64,000 nt of DNA, taken from NCBI GenBank assembly GCA_964604555.1, contig CAZRZK010000012.1, positions 7,870 through 71,869 on the forward strand. Reading direction: 5' to 3'. A model generated the notes under the pieces. That model saw only the letters and a program-made list of their open reading frames with translations. It had not been told where the DNA came from and made no database searches. Both the position numbers and the translations under genes were made by a program. This DNA is from an uncultured Pseudobdellovibrionaceae bacterium (GTDB taxonomy: Bacteria; Bdellovibrionota; FAC87; UBA2466). Of this stretch, positions 35,408 through 44,155 are shown piece after piece. Within the stretch, counting starts at the first letter, position 1. Each line of letters begins with the position of its first letter.

Positions 35408-35914
35408 TTATTCCAAAGGTTCCATTTCGACAAGTAGAGTTCCTGTTTCTACCGCCTGCCCTTCCTTAATATTGATCTGCTTCACTTTCCCTTCGAGGGG
35501 GGCCCGGATCTCATTCTCCATCTTCATCGCCTCCATCACCAAGACCGGAGCCGATTTTTCTAGGGTATCCCCCACCTTCACAAAGAGTTTGGCGATCTTG
35601 CCAGGCATCTTGGCGTAGATGTTGTTTTCGCTCCCCAGATCCTGCCCGCGAAGAATATTCACAATCCGCTTGTATTCACTCTCAACGGTAAACTCCAGAT
35701 TCCCTTCGGGGCGCCAGACGGTGTATTGGGTCTTTTGTCCAGTGACATTCGCCCAAAAAACCTCGTTATCCTCCACAAAGGAACAGTCATTCCCCAAAAA
35801 CTGGAGATCCACCTTCTCTTCGCCCCCCCCATTGAAGGAGATATAGGTCTCTCCATGCTTCATTTCTACCCGAACGCGGTATTCGCGATCTTGGAATCGA
35901 AAGAAAAATAGCAT
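35408..35914 (-). CDS. biotin carboxyl carrier-type protein (biotinyl domain)
   Basis: Biotinylation motif VMEAMKMENEI. I chose the start ATG at 35914 ([11 protein letters not shown]...) because it overlaps the upstream stop codon as TAATG. The track ORF from 35950 is probably over-extended. Confidence 0.75.
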   Translation of the reverse strand: MLFFFRFQDREYRVRVEMKHGETYISFNGGGEEKVDLQFLGNDCSFVEDNEVFWANVTGQKTQYTVWRPEGNLEFTVESEYKRIVNILRGQDLGSENNIYAKMPGKIAKLFVKVGDTLEKSAPVLVMEAMKMENEIRAPLEGKVKQINIKEGQAVETGTLLVEMEPLE

Positions 35915-37419
35915 TAGCGCAACCCTTCCTTCCGTCCGAACCATTTCCACTGGGAATTGGCATCGCTATCGGGGGACATCGGCCCCTTAAACTCCTTCGT
36001 GAAGGCGGACACGGCCGAGGCAATCATCGCCATGCGACTCTCCTTTTCGGTCACCTCGCGGGGTTTATAGTTAAAATCTTCCCCTATCAGACGGGTGGTG
36101 TAATTCCCACTGCGGAACTTTTCATTTTCCAAAATTTGCAGGTGCAAAGGAATATTGTGCTTGATGCCATTGAGCATCGTCTCCTGCAATACACACCGCC
36201 CTCTTTCGATCGCCTCTTCCCGCGTGCGTGCCCAGACCGAAATCTTGGCGATCATTGAATCGTAAAAGACCGGAATGTCATAACCCCGATAGACATGGGA
36301 GTCGATTCTCACACCATTCCCAGATGGAAAGGAAACCCCCGTCACTCTTCCTGCCTGGGGCAAAAACTTCTCGGGATCTTCGGCATTGATCCGAAACTCA
36401 ATCGCATGGCCAGTCGCCTTGACCTCTTCTTGAGTAAAGGAGAGTTTTTCACCAAAGGCCACTCCGATCTGCTCCTTCACCAGATCCAATCCGGTGATCC
36501 ATTCGGTAACGGGGTGCTCCACCTGCAGACGGGTGTTCATCTCCATAAAGTAAAAATTCTGTTCATCATCCATCAAAAATTCGATGGTCCCGGCGTTATA
36601 ATAACCAATCTCCTTGACCGCCTTCACCGCTGCGGCACACAGCTTGGCGCGTGTTTCAGGTTTCACAAAGGGGCTTCGAGCCTCCTCGATTACCTTTTGG
36701 TGGCGGCGTTGCACCGAACATTCCCGTTCAAAGAGGTGGCAAATATTTCCATGCTGATCGGCGATCACCTGCACTTCAATGTGATGGGGCGATTTCACAT
36801 ACCGCTCAAGATAGAGCCGGCCATCTCCAAATGCCTTGGAAGCCTCGGAGAATGCCCGTTGAAAAAGCCCGGTAAATTCTTTTTCCTCATTCACGAGACG
36901 CATGCCGCGGCCACCGCCTCCGGCGAGAGCTTTGATCATCAACGGAAAACCAATTTTCTTGGCGTGAACCAAAGCCTCTTTCTCGTCGGTAAGACCATCT
37001 TTCGTTCCCGGAACAAGCGGAAGGCCCACTTTTTCCATCGTCACCCGGGCCATCACCTTGTCGCCCATGGTGGTGATCGCTTCGGGGCTGGGACCAATAA
37101 AGACCATTCCTGCTTTGGCCACCGCCTTGGCAAATTCCGCCTTTTCCGAAAGGAATCCATAACCTGGATGGATCGCATCGGCCTTAAGCAATTTCGCCGC
37201 CGAGATTACTTTTTCAATATCTAAATAACTTTGAATCGAAGGCCCTTCCCCAATGCAGACGGCACCTTCACTGCGGGCCGCATGCCAGGACATCCGATCG
37301 GCCTTGGAATAGACCGCTAAAGGAACATGCCCTAATTCCCGCACTCCACGCATCACACGCAGAGCGATTTCACCCCGGTTGGCGACCAGAATCCGTTTGG
37401 GCTTAAAGTTTTTTTTCAT
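35914..37419 (-). CDS. biotin carboxylase subunit of an acyl-CoA carboxylase
   Basis: 501 aa. [18 protein letters not shown]...; ATP-grasp [10 protein letters not shown]; [14 protein letters not shown]. There is a 4-nt overlap with the carboxyltransferase gene. Confidence 0.9.
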   Translation of the reverse strand: MKKNFKPKRILVANRGEIALRVMRGVRELGHVPLAVYSKADRMSWHAARSEGAVCIGEGPSIQSYLDIEKVISAAKLLKADAIHPGYGFLSEKAEFAKAVAKAGMVFIGPSPEAITTMGDKVMARVTMEKVGLPLVPGTKDGLTDEKEALVHAKKIGFPLMIKALAGGGGRGMRLVNEEKEFTGLFQRAFSEASKAFGDGRLYLERYVKSPHHIEVQVIADQHGNICHLFERECSVQRRHQKVIEEARSPFVKPETRAKLCAAAVKAVKEIGYYNAGTIEFLMDDEQNFYFMEMNTRLQVEHPVTEWITGLDLVKEQIGVAFGEKLSFTQEEVKATGHAIEFRINAEDPEKFLPQAGRVTGVSFPSGNGVRIDSHVYRGYDIPVFYDSMIAKISVWARTREEAIERGRCVLQETMLNGIKHNIPLHLQILENEKFRSGNYTTRLIGEDFNYKPREVTEKESRMAMIASAVSAFTKEFKGPMSPDSDANSQWKWFGRKEGLR

Positions 37420-39044
37420 AGTGGGATGTTTCCATGTTTCTTAGAAGGATTACGATCCCGTTTATTCCGGAGCATCTCGAGCGCCTGGATGAGTTTAATC
37501 CGGGTTTGATCGGGTGGGATAACCTCGTCGACAAAACCTAATTCCGCAGCCTTATAGGGAGTCGCAAACCGTTCGGTGTAATCTTCAACCAGCCGTTGTT
37601 TTTCGGCATTGGCATCTTTTGCTTTATCTAACTCCCCGCGGAAGACGATCGCCACCGCTCCATCCGGTCCCATTACCGCGATCTCCGCAGAGGGATAGGC
37701 ATAGTTGATATCGGCCCGCAGGTGTTTCGAGGCCATGACGCAATAGGCGCCACCATAAGCCTTCCGAACAATCAAAGTGATCTTAGGCACCGTCGCTTCG
37801 GCAAAGGCATAGAGCAACTTCGCTCCGTGCTTGATGATCCCGCCATACTCCTGCTCCGTTCCGGGCAAAAATCCAGGAACATCGACAAGAGTGATCAAGG
37901 GGATATTAAAGGAATCACAAAAGCGTACAAAGCGGGCCGCTTTGGTAGAAGCGCTGATATCGAGACAACCGGCCAATACTTTCGGCTGATTGGCCACAAT
38001 CCCCACGCTCCGGCCATTCAACCGCGCAAACCCAACGACGATATTTTGCGCGTAATCCTTCTGCACCTCGAAGAAATAACTATCATCCACTACCGCCTCG
38101 ATGAGATCGATAATGTCGTAAGCTTGCCTTGAACTATCGGGCACCAAACGATTTAACTTCGATTCGGACCGGTTGATCGGATCGCTGGTCTTGGCGATCG
38201 GCACATCGTCTAAATTATTCGATGGCAAATAGCTCAGTAATTCACGAATCAAAAGCAGGTTGCTCTTTTCATCTTCACTGGCGAAGTGACAAACACCGCT
38301 TCGGGTGCTGTGGGTGGCGGCGCCTCCCAGATCCTCCATCGTCACCTCTTCGTGGGTGACGGTTTTAATCACATCGGGACCGGTCACGAACATATAACTG
38401 CTCTTTTTGACCATGAAGATAAAGTCGGTCAGTGACGGACTATAAACCGCCCCTCCCGCCGAAGGCCCCATGATCGCAGTGATCTGCGGAATTACGCCAC
38501 TCGACATCGTATTGCGCCAGAAAATCTCAGCATAACCGGCAAGTGACTCCACCCCTTCTTGAATGCGGGCACCACCGGAATCATTGATCCCGATAATCGG
38601 TTTGCCATTCTTCAATGCCAGATCCATTAACTTGCAGATCTTGCTCGCCTGGGCGCTTGAAAGCGAGCCTCCAAACACAGTGAAGTCCTGGGCGTAAACA
38701 TAGACGTGCCGTCCTGAGACAGTTCCATAGCCGGTGATGACCCCGTCTCCCAAATATTTTTTCGACTGCATATCGAAATCGGTGCATCGGTGAGTCACGA
38801 ACTTATCGAGCTCCACGAAGCTCCCTTCATCAAGCAAAAAGAGAATCCGCTCCCGCGCCGTCATCTTTCCCCGAGCATGCTGCTGCTCAATGCGCTTCGC
38901 ACCGCCGCCGAGTTCCGCCTCTTCATTTTTTTGCTTTAAAATCGCTAACTTCTCTTCGTTGGTATGGATCATAAGCCCGATATGAAACTTCGTTCCAGGC
39001 AGGCTGTCAATAGGAAGGCTCGCATCGAGTAAGGGGCTTAACAT
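37416..39044 (-). CDS. acyl-CoA carboxylase carboxyltransferase (beta) subunit, propionyl-CoA carboxylase/methylmalonyl-CoA carboxyltransferase type
   Basis: [31 protein letters not shown]...[12 protein letters not shown]...[11 protein letters not shown]. The probable true start is the Met at 38972 (MIHTNEEK...). Confidence 0.9.
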   Translation of the reverse strand: MLSPLLDASLPIDSLPGTKFHIGLMIHTNEEKLAILKQKNEEAELGGGAKRIEQQHARGKMTARERILFLLDEGSFVELDKFVTHRCTDFDMQSKKYLGDGVITGYGTVSGRHVYVYAQDFTVFGGSLSSAQASKICKLMDLALKNGKPIIGINDSGGARIQEGVESLAGYAEIFWRNTMSSGVIPQITAIMGPSAGGAVYSPSLTDFIFMVKKSSYMFVTGPDVIKTVTHEEVTMEDLGGAATHSTRSGVCHFASEDEKSNLLLIRELLSYLPSNNLDDVPIAKTSDPINRSESKLNRLVPDSSRQAYDIIDLIEAVVDDSYFFEVQKDYAQNIVVGFARLNGRSVGIVANQPKVLAGCLDISASTKAARFVRFCDSFNIPLITLVDVPGFLPGTEQEYGGIIKHGAKLLYAFAEATVPKITLIVRKAYGGAYCVMASKHLRADINYAYPSAEIAVMGPDGAVAIVFRGELDKAKDANAEKQRLVEDYTERFATPYKAAELGFVDEVIPPDQTRIKLIQALEMLRNKRDRNPSKKHGNIPL

Positions 39045-39181
39045 TCGATCACACTATTCAGCTCTATTTACCCCTCCTCTTGAAGAAGCATGTTTCAATT
39101 AAACTGTAAGATTCTTTCCATACTTCACAAAAAAATAAATCAGAACTGAAAAATCAGGATTACCGCAAAGACCACAACTTT

Positions 39182-39293
39182 GTCATTGCGAGCCTCGAAG
39201 GGGCGAAGCAATCCCCTTGCCTTAGCTTCGATCAAGAGATGGCGGAGCCTGCCGCGAGCGCAGCGTGGCGGGCACTTGCGCTCCTCGCCATGA
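39182..39293. repeat. split copy of the GTCATTGCGAGG-type repeat (two inverted half-units about 60 bp apart)
   Basis: GTCATTGCGAGCCTCGAAGGGGCGAAGCAATCC at 39182-39214, and the inverted half GCGCTCCTCGCCATGAC at about 39277-39293. Confidence 0.6.
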
Positions 39294-39318
39294 CGCCTTT
39301 AGAGAAAAGGACGCGTCT

Positions 39319-40089
39319 ATGCACTTTTGTAAATGGGCAGTCTCATTGTTCCTGGTGTCGATCTGTTATGGGGAGGAGTTTGAACCCAGATTGATTAACG
39401 GCAAGGCGGCCGATCCGAAAAAATGGCCCAGTTCGGTCTACGCTTCGATGTCGGGATCGCGATGTTCAGCGACGGTCGTTGGCAAACAGACCCTTTTGCT
39501 CGCCGCCCATTGTGTCAAATCGGGAGGGAAAGCCTCTTTCACCGTCGGTCCAAATAGTTACACTAGCACCTGCACCCGCGCTCCTCAATATAACGGCAAT
39601 ACCACGGCCGATTGGGTTCTCTGTCTCATCGATAGGCCCGTGATTGGGAGTGATTTTGAACATATCAATTCCAATCCCAATCGCCTTCAAATGAATGATG
39701 AACTGCTCTTAACCGGATATGGTTGCGTGAACCCGGGAGGAGGGGGAGGAAATGATGGGACCTATCGCATCGGGACCTCCAGAATCACACGTCTACCCCA
39801 AGGTTCCGACAATGACATTATCACCAAAAGTGGAGCGGCCCTCTGTTACGGCGATTCGGGTGGTCCTGCATTTTATATCGATCCCGACACCCATGCCAGG
39901 TGGGTGGTGGCGGTCAATAGCCGAGGCAATATCAGCACAACCAGTTACCTCTCGAGCCTGTCGAGTGATACCGCTCAAAAATTTATTAACGATTGGGCAA
40001 GTAAAAATAATCAACGGATTTGCGGAATCCACGCCGATGCGAGAGGCTGCCGGCCCATGCCTCTATCCAATACCGAAACCCTTCCATAA
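39319..40089 (+). CDS. secreted trypsin-fold (S1 family) serine protease
   Basis: I chose the start at 39319 (MHFCKWAVSLFLVSICYG signal). The longer track ORF from 39265 runs through the repeat element. The catalytic triad is in context: LLLAAHCV, DWVLCLI, CYGDSGGPAF. The residue six positions before the catalytic Ser is Ala, so trypsin-like Arg/Lys specificity is not implied. Confidence 0.85.
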   Translation: MHFCKWAVSLFLVSICYGEEFEPRLINGKAADPKKWPSSVYASMSGSRCSATVVGKQTLLLAAHCVKSGGKASFTVGPNSYTSTCTRAPQYNGNTTADWVLCLIDRPVIGSDFEHINSNPNRLQMNDELLLTGYGCVNPGGGGGNDGTYRIGTSRITRLPQGSDNDIITKSGAALCYGDSGGPAFYIDPDTHARWVVAVNSRGNISTTSYLSSLSSDTAQKFINDWASKNNQRICGIHADARGCRPMPLSNTETLP

Positions 40090-40111
40090 TGGGATATAAT
40101 TAAATCATCCC

Positions 40112-40990
40112 ATGAAAATCCAATTTTTCCTTCTGATGTGGAGCACCTTATTGTTTGCTGAGGTGCGTCCTTACGCCGAATATGAGCACGCCCGAACAGT
40201 GATCCTTTCGAGCAGCCTCCGCTACCACTCTCTTGAACCCAAACAGATTTTAGCAAGCCATCTGCCTCCGAATGTGAAGCTTCTATTCCTGGCGGAATCC
40301 CCATCGGATGCGCAGCAGACTCAAGCTACCTTTTCACCTCAAAACGTAGAGGTGATGAACCTCAATAGCTTTTCCGGTTTCTGGGTACGCGACTCACTCC
40401 CTCTCCCCATCCAAATCAAAAACCATCCACAAAAATGGGGATTGGTCGATGCGGTCTATTATTATGGTCTGGAACCGGACTTCAAGATCGCTAACTATTT
40501 CAAAATGCCGATTTGGCAACACAACCGACTTTTAGAAGGAGGCAATTTTGCCGCCACTCGGAATGGCATCTGCATGTCGGTGAATCTGCGCATTGCCCTC
40601 ATTCCCGATTCCCTCTTCCAACAATATTATGGCTGCAAAAAAATGATCCGTTTCCCCTACCGCAAAGGGATCGGCCACATCGATGAGAGCGCGAAATTCA
40701 TTTCCGACACCCAAGCAGTTACCGATCTCGAGGAATATGCAACTATTCTAACTCATGAAGGATTTGAGGTGACCCTGCTTCCCCAAGCGCCCCGCCCTTT
40801 TCAAAGCTATGTCAATGTGCTCCTAGTGAATGGGACGATCTTCATGCCCACCTTTAATTCAGCTAACGACGGTATTGCGTTGAAAATTTATGAACAATTG
40901 GGCTTCACCGTCGTGCCAATCCCCTCGACCGATCTCACCGCCTCCGGCTTTGGCTCGGTTCATTGTATGTCGATGAGCTATCCGTTTTAA
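40112..40990 (+). CDS. secreted agmatine deiminase / peptidyl-arginine deiminase family (PAD_porph-type) protein
   Basis: Signal peptide MKIQFFLLMWSTLLFA. Family motifs FWVRDSLP, EGGNF and GIGHIDE. The C-terminal catalytic Cys is in context GFGSVHCMSMSYP. The start lies 22 nt after the protease stop codon. Confidence 0.75.
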   Translation: MKIQFFLLMWSTLLFAEVRPYAEYEHARTVILSSSLRYHSLEPKQILASHLPPNVKLLFLAESPSDAQQTQATFSPQNVEVMNLNSFSGFWVRDSLPLPIQIKNHPQKWGLVDAVYYYGLEPDFKIANYFKMPIWQHNRLLEGGNFAATRNGICMSVNLRIALIPDSLFQQYYGCKKMIRFPYRKGIGHIDESAKFISDTQAVTDLEEYATILTHEGFEVTLLPQAPRPFQSYVNVLLVNGTIFMPTFNSANDGIALKIYEQLGFTVVPIPSTDLTASGFGSVHCMSMSYPF

Positions 40991-43011
40991 TGCATTGCTG
41001 TCGCTAATTGCCTGCAATCCAACTTGTGATAATTCTGGACAATGACCTGCACCTGATCGGCGACTCTCGATACTTGGGAAGGATCCTTCGGGGCAACACT
41101 CAGGAATCCTACCTCCCGATCGCCCCCAAGAGTGGTGTCAACGGTCCAGCCTTCTTTCCGGATCATCTCTTCGAGATCATGGGCGGTATCAAACAGCCCT
41201 TTATATTTCACGCTGCGCTCCCCTTCGATCACAATGTGGGGAACTTGTGGAAGGTAAAGCATCTCCAGAGAACGGGTCGCCCATTTCAATCCCACTCTAG
41301 GAACTTCCAATCGAAGGACTCCATTAAATCTTTGTCCATCATGCCCCGTATGGAGTTGCCCTTCATAGAAGTTCATCTCAAACTCAATTTTTCGCCACTC
41401 CCCCAACTTCGTGAGAACCTCCCGAATTTCAGGGATCGTCAACCCAAGATCCAAAAGCCCTTTTAATCCCGAGCGATCCAACACACCAATGATGAGATCA
41501 TTCAGGGAGGGGCGATAGTGGAACACCTCCATGAACTGCTCGAGAGTCGAGTGTTTTCGAATCCCGTGGGTGCCGTGATGATCGAGAACCACGATTCCCA
41601 ACCCACTTTTCTCAGATCTATCAATCCATTCTTTCTTCACTCCAACCACTTCGCACAATACCAAATTTGTAATTCCACGGTCTTTGGCAAAGGCCTCGAT
41701 TTTTTGATATTCAGCCAGTGAAATCGCCTCACCTCTTCTGAGTTTAGGATAGTCAGGATACAACCAACCCCTTTGTTCATTGGGAGAGTTGGGATGTCGA
41801 AGTTCCTTTTCCAATCGCTGTGCAATAGCGAATATCCGATCCGATTCCACGTCATTCTTTGGCACCACGATAAGGCTTGGCTGAATCGCCAAATTAAGAA
41901 AGGGTTGAATCACCTCAAAAGATTTTTTCGTCTGCAAAACAATATCAACTTTCGGAACTCCGACTAAATGGTAACGATTATCATATCGAGTGGCCATCGC
42001 ATAAAGGTGAGAAAGCACGTTCCCTTCAGTCGCCGATTTCTCATACTCCGACTGCCATGCCTTCATCAACTCGGTTCGGCGATAGGTATTGGATAAGAGC
42101 AATTCCCAAATAAAATCCTTGGCTCGATAGACCGATCGACTGTTCAAGGAACGAATCGGAGCCTTATAGCCGGTACGATACTTCTCATACGAAAGGTATC
42201 GTGCCTGGAGTGAAAGCACCTGAACGGGAATTTCAAACTGCGCAAAGGCTCCACCAAACCCACGAATAAAAGCCTGCATGTCGGCTCGAGCCCCTTTTAA
42301 CACCTTTTCAATTCTAGCAGCAGCAGCACTCCGCTGCGGAAATTTCGACTCTTCAATCAAAGGGGGAATGAGATCGGCGAAGGGAGAGAGTCCAGAATGC
42401 GCGGAAGTTTCAAAGAGCGCATCGACCCGCGCGAAAAAATTAGCCAGTGCCCAACGGAGCGATTCTATCTTCGCCTTTGAATTGACATCGTTTGCCTCTC
42501 TCAACGCCAGCAGGACCGGCACTGGATCCGAGGCACAACGATTCAATCCCGCTTGTCGGAATTTTTTGATGTATCCCTCAAAACTACCAAAGGGGCTTGG
42601 CTCTTTGTTTTGGGCACGAAGGTAATAAAAAAGCAATTCGTGGTTATTTTGTTTGGCGATGAGGGTCTTTTCTAAAATATCGGGTTCAATAAACTGATCC
42701 AGACCAAACATATAATGGAACGCAAAGATCTCTAAATATTGAGCGAGCAGCTCTGGGGACTGAAGGAGATCGGCCTGTTGGGGGCGGCGGTGTTTTCCGG
42801 CGTCGGTATAGGATTCGATAAACCCGAGATGAAATCCATTTCCCAGGTTCATCTCCCCCAGCGAAGTAAGCTCATTAGGAGCGATATTCCACTCCTGAGG
42901 GTTAAAAATAATAGGGGAGGAGGTCACCTGATCCTGTAGTAGGAGCTGGGCCATTTGGATAAAGGTGAGGTGGGAGAGAAATTCATAAGGGTTCCTGGGG
43001 ATACGGACCAA
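40987..43011 (-). CDS. large hypothetical protein (674 aa), no confident domain assignment
   Basis: Long uninterrupted ORF with protein-like composition. The longest form starts at a TTG, and the first ATG alternative is at 42954. The only motif-like feature noted is IVVLDHHGTHG, preceded by LIVVPKNDVESDRIFAIAQ. This is weakly reminiscent of DHH phosphoesterase motifs III and I. Confidence 0.6.
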   Translation of the reverse strand: MVRIPRNPYEFLSHLTFIQMAQLLLQDQVTSSPIIFNPQEWNIAPNELTSLGEMNLGNGFHLGFIESYTDAGKHRRPQQADLLQSPELLAQYLEIFAFHYMFGLDQFIEPDILEKTLIAKQNNHELLFYYLRAQNKEPSPFGSFEGYIKKFRQAGLNRCASDPVPVLLALREANDVNSKAKIESLRWALANFFARVDALFETSAHSGLSPFADLIPPLIEESKFPQRSAAAARIEKVLKGARADMQAFIRGFGGAFAQFEIPVQVLSLQARYLSYEKYRTGYKAPIRSLNSRSVYRAKDFIWELLLSNTYRRTELMKAWQSEYEKSATEGNVLSHLYAMATRYDNRYHLVGVPKVDIVLQTKKSFEVIQPFLNLAIQPSLIVVPKNDVESDRIFAIAQRLEKELRHPNSPNEQRGWLYPDYPKLRRGEAISLAEYQKIEAFAKDRGITNLVLCEVVGVKKEWIDRSEKSGLGIVVLDHHGTHGIRKHSTLEQFMEVFHYRPSLNDLIIGVLDRSGLKGLLDLGLTIPEIREVLTKLGEWRKIEFEMNFYEGQLHTGHDGQRFNGVLRLEVPRVGLKWATRSLEMLYLPQVPHIVIEGERSVKYKGLFDTAHDLEEMIRKEGWTVDTTLGGDREVGFLSVAPKDPSQVSRVADQVQVIVQNYHKLDCRQLATAMH

Positions 43012-43298
43012 ATGCCGATTCCCGATCGGGTCGATAACAGCAAACTGATCCCAATTGCGCTCTCACTTAAAAACCCCCTTCTTTTCCTTGTTTCGAATCA
43101 GATTAAAAGAGAACTGTTCTAGATAGCGCCCAATATCCAATGGAACGGCGTTTAAACCATTGGAAACACAGATAAAAACAGCAAGACAAAAGATTCGAAT
43201 CCGCATCCGCTCTCACTTCTTAAAGGATGGCTTTATAACATATTTCCACCATCTTTAAGCCACCCTTTTTCCATAGAGTGAGAGGCGAAGGGGGAACC

Positions 43299-43724
43299 AT
43301 GCGCATTTTGCTTTTTGCACTCATTTTAGGTGGAATAATCGGTTGCACTGGAAAGCCTGGGGGCAAAACTACTTTAACAGGCAATCCTCCCAGCTCCCCC
43401 TCCCCTTTTCTTCCTTCTCCTCCGTCCCCACCCACCATTACCTCGACCGACATCCGAGGGATCTGGAAACAGGCAGGCTGCGTCGGCGAATGTTTTTATG
43501 ATGAATTGGATAACTCGCTTCGGACTCTCGATATTACAAATACGACTGCCGTACGAGTTTCCTATTCCGATGCCCCCTCCGATTCTGTCAGCGCCTACAT
43601 CTCGGGCAATAGCCTCTGCTTTGCACTCGATGATGGGGATCAAGTATGCAATCCGATTTCACTGAGCGGCAATCAATTGCTCTTTTGTTTAGATGATTTC
43701 TGTGAGAAATACGATCGCATCTAA
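43299..43724 (+). CDS. small lipoprotein with a Pro/Ser-rich linker
   Basis: I chose the start at 43299 (MRILLFALILGGIIGC lipobox), preceded by AAGGGGGA. A PPSSPSPFLPSPPSPP linker follows, then an ~85-aa C-terminal domain. Confidence 0.65.
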   Translation: MRILLFALILGGIIGCTGKPGGKTTLTGNPPSSPSPFLPSPPSPPTITSTDIRGIWKQAGCVGECFYDELDNSLRTLDITNTTAVRVSYSDAPSDSVSAYISGNSLCFALDDGDQVCNPISLSGNQLLFCLDDFCEKYDRI

Positions 43725-44155
43725 TGAAGATCATCGCCGGACGAATTGGAAGAGTGAAATCGAAAGAGCTGGAATCGATTCTCCGCGATTTTGAAAAACG
43801 TTCCAAACGTTACGTGCCATTTGAATGGACCGTCTATCAAGATGAAAAAACGATCCTGAAGCAATTAGAAACGACGCCCACCTTCCTCTGTCTCTTAGAG
43901 ATCGAAGGGAAGCGTTACTCCACCGAACAGGCGGCCGAATGGCTCGAGAAGATTTTAAGCTCTGCGCAATACAAAAAGGCGATCTTTTTGATTGGGGATA
44001 GCTATGGCTTCTCAAAAGAAATGAAGAGCAAGACCCATCACCAGTGGAGCTTTTCACCCCTCACATTTACGAGTGATCTCACGAGCCTTCTTCTCTGTGA
44101 ACAGCTCTATCGAATCGGAAGTTTCCTGAAGGGTTCCCCTTACCATCATGGTTGA
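43724..44155 (+). CDS. rlmH: 23S rRNA (pseudouridine1915-N3)-methyltransferase RlmH (SPOUT)
   Basis: 143 aa. MKIIAGRIGRVKSKE..., FLIGDSYGFS, and LTFTSDLTSLLLCEQLYRIGSFLKGSPYHH match the RlmH layout. The junction with the upstream gene is TAATG. Confidence 0.85.
   Translation: MKIIAGRIGRVKSKELESILRDFEKRSKRYVPFEWTVYQDEKTILKQLETTPTFLCLLEIEGKRYSTEQAAEWLEKILSSAQYKKAIFLIGDSYGFSKEMKSKTHHQWSFSPLTFTSDLTSLLLCEQLYRIGSFLKGSPYHHG

Noticed and set aside
39265-39318. An 18-codon N-terminal extension of the S1 protease ORF (MAGTCAPRHDAFREKDAS).
   Set aside because: The extension is encoded by the inverted half of the dispersed repeat element. The Met at 39319 is followed immediately by a proper signal peptide.
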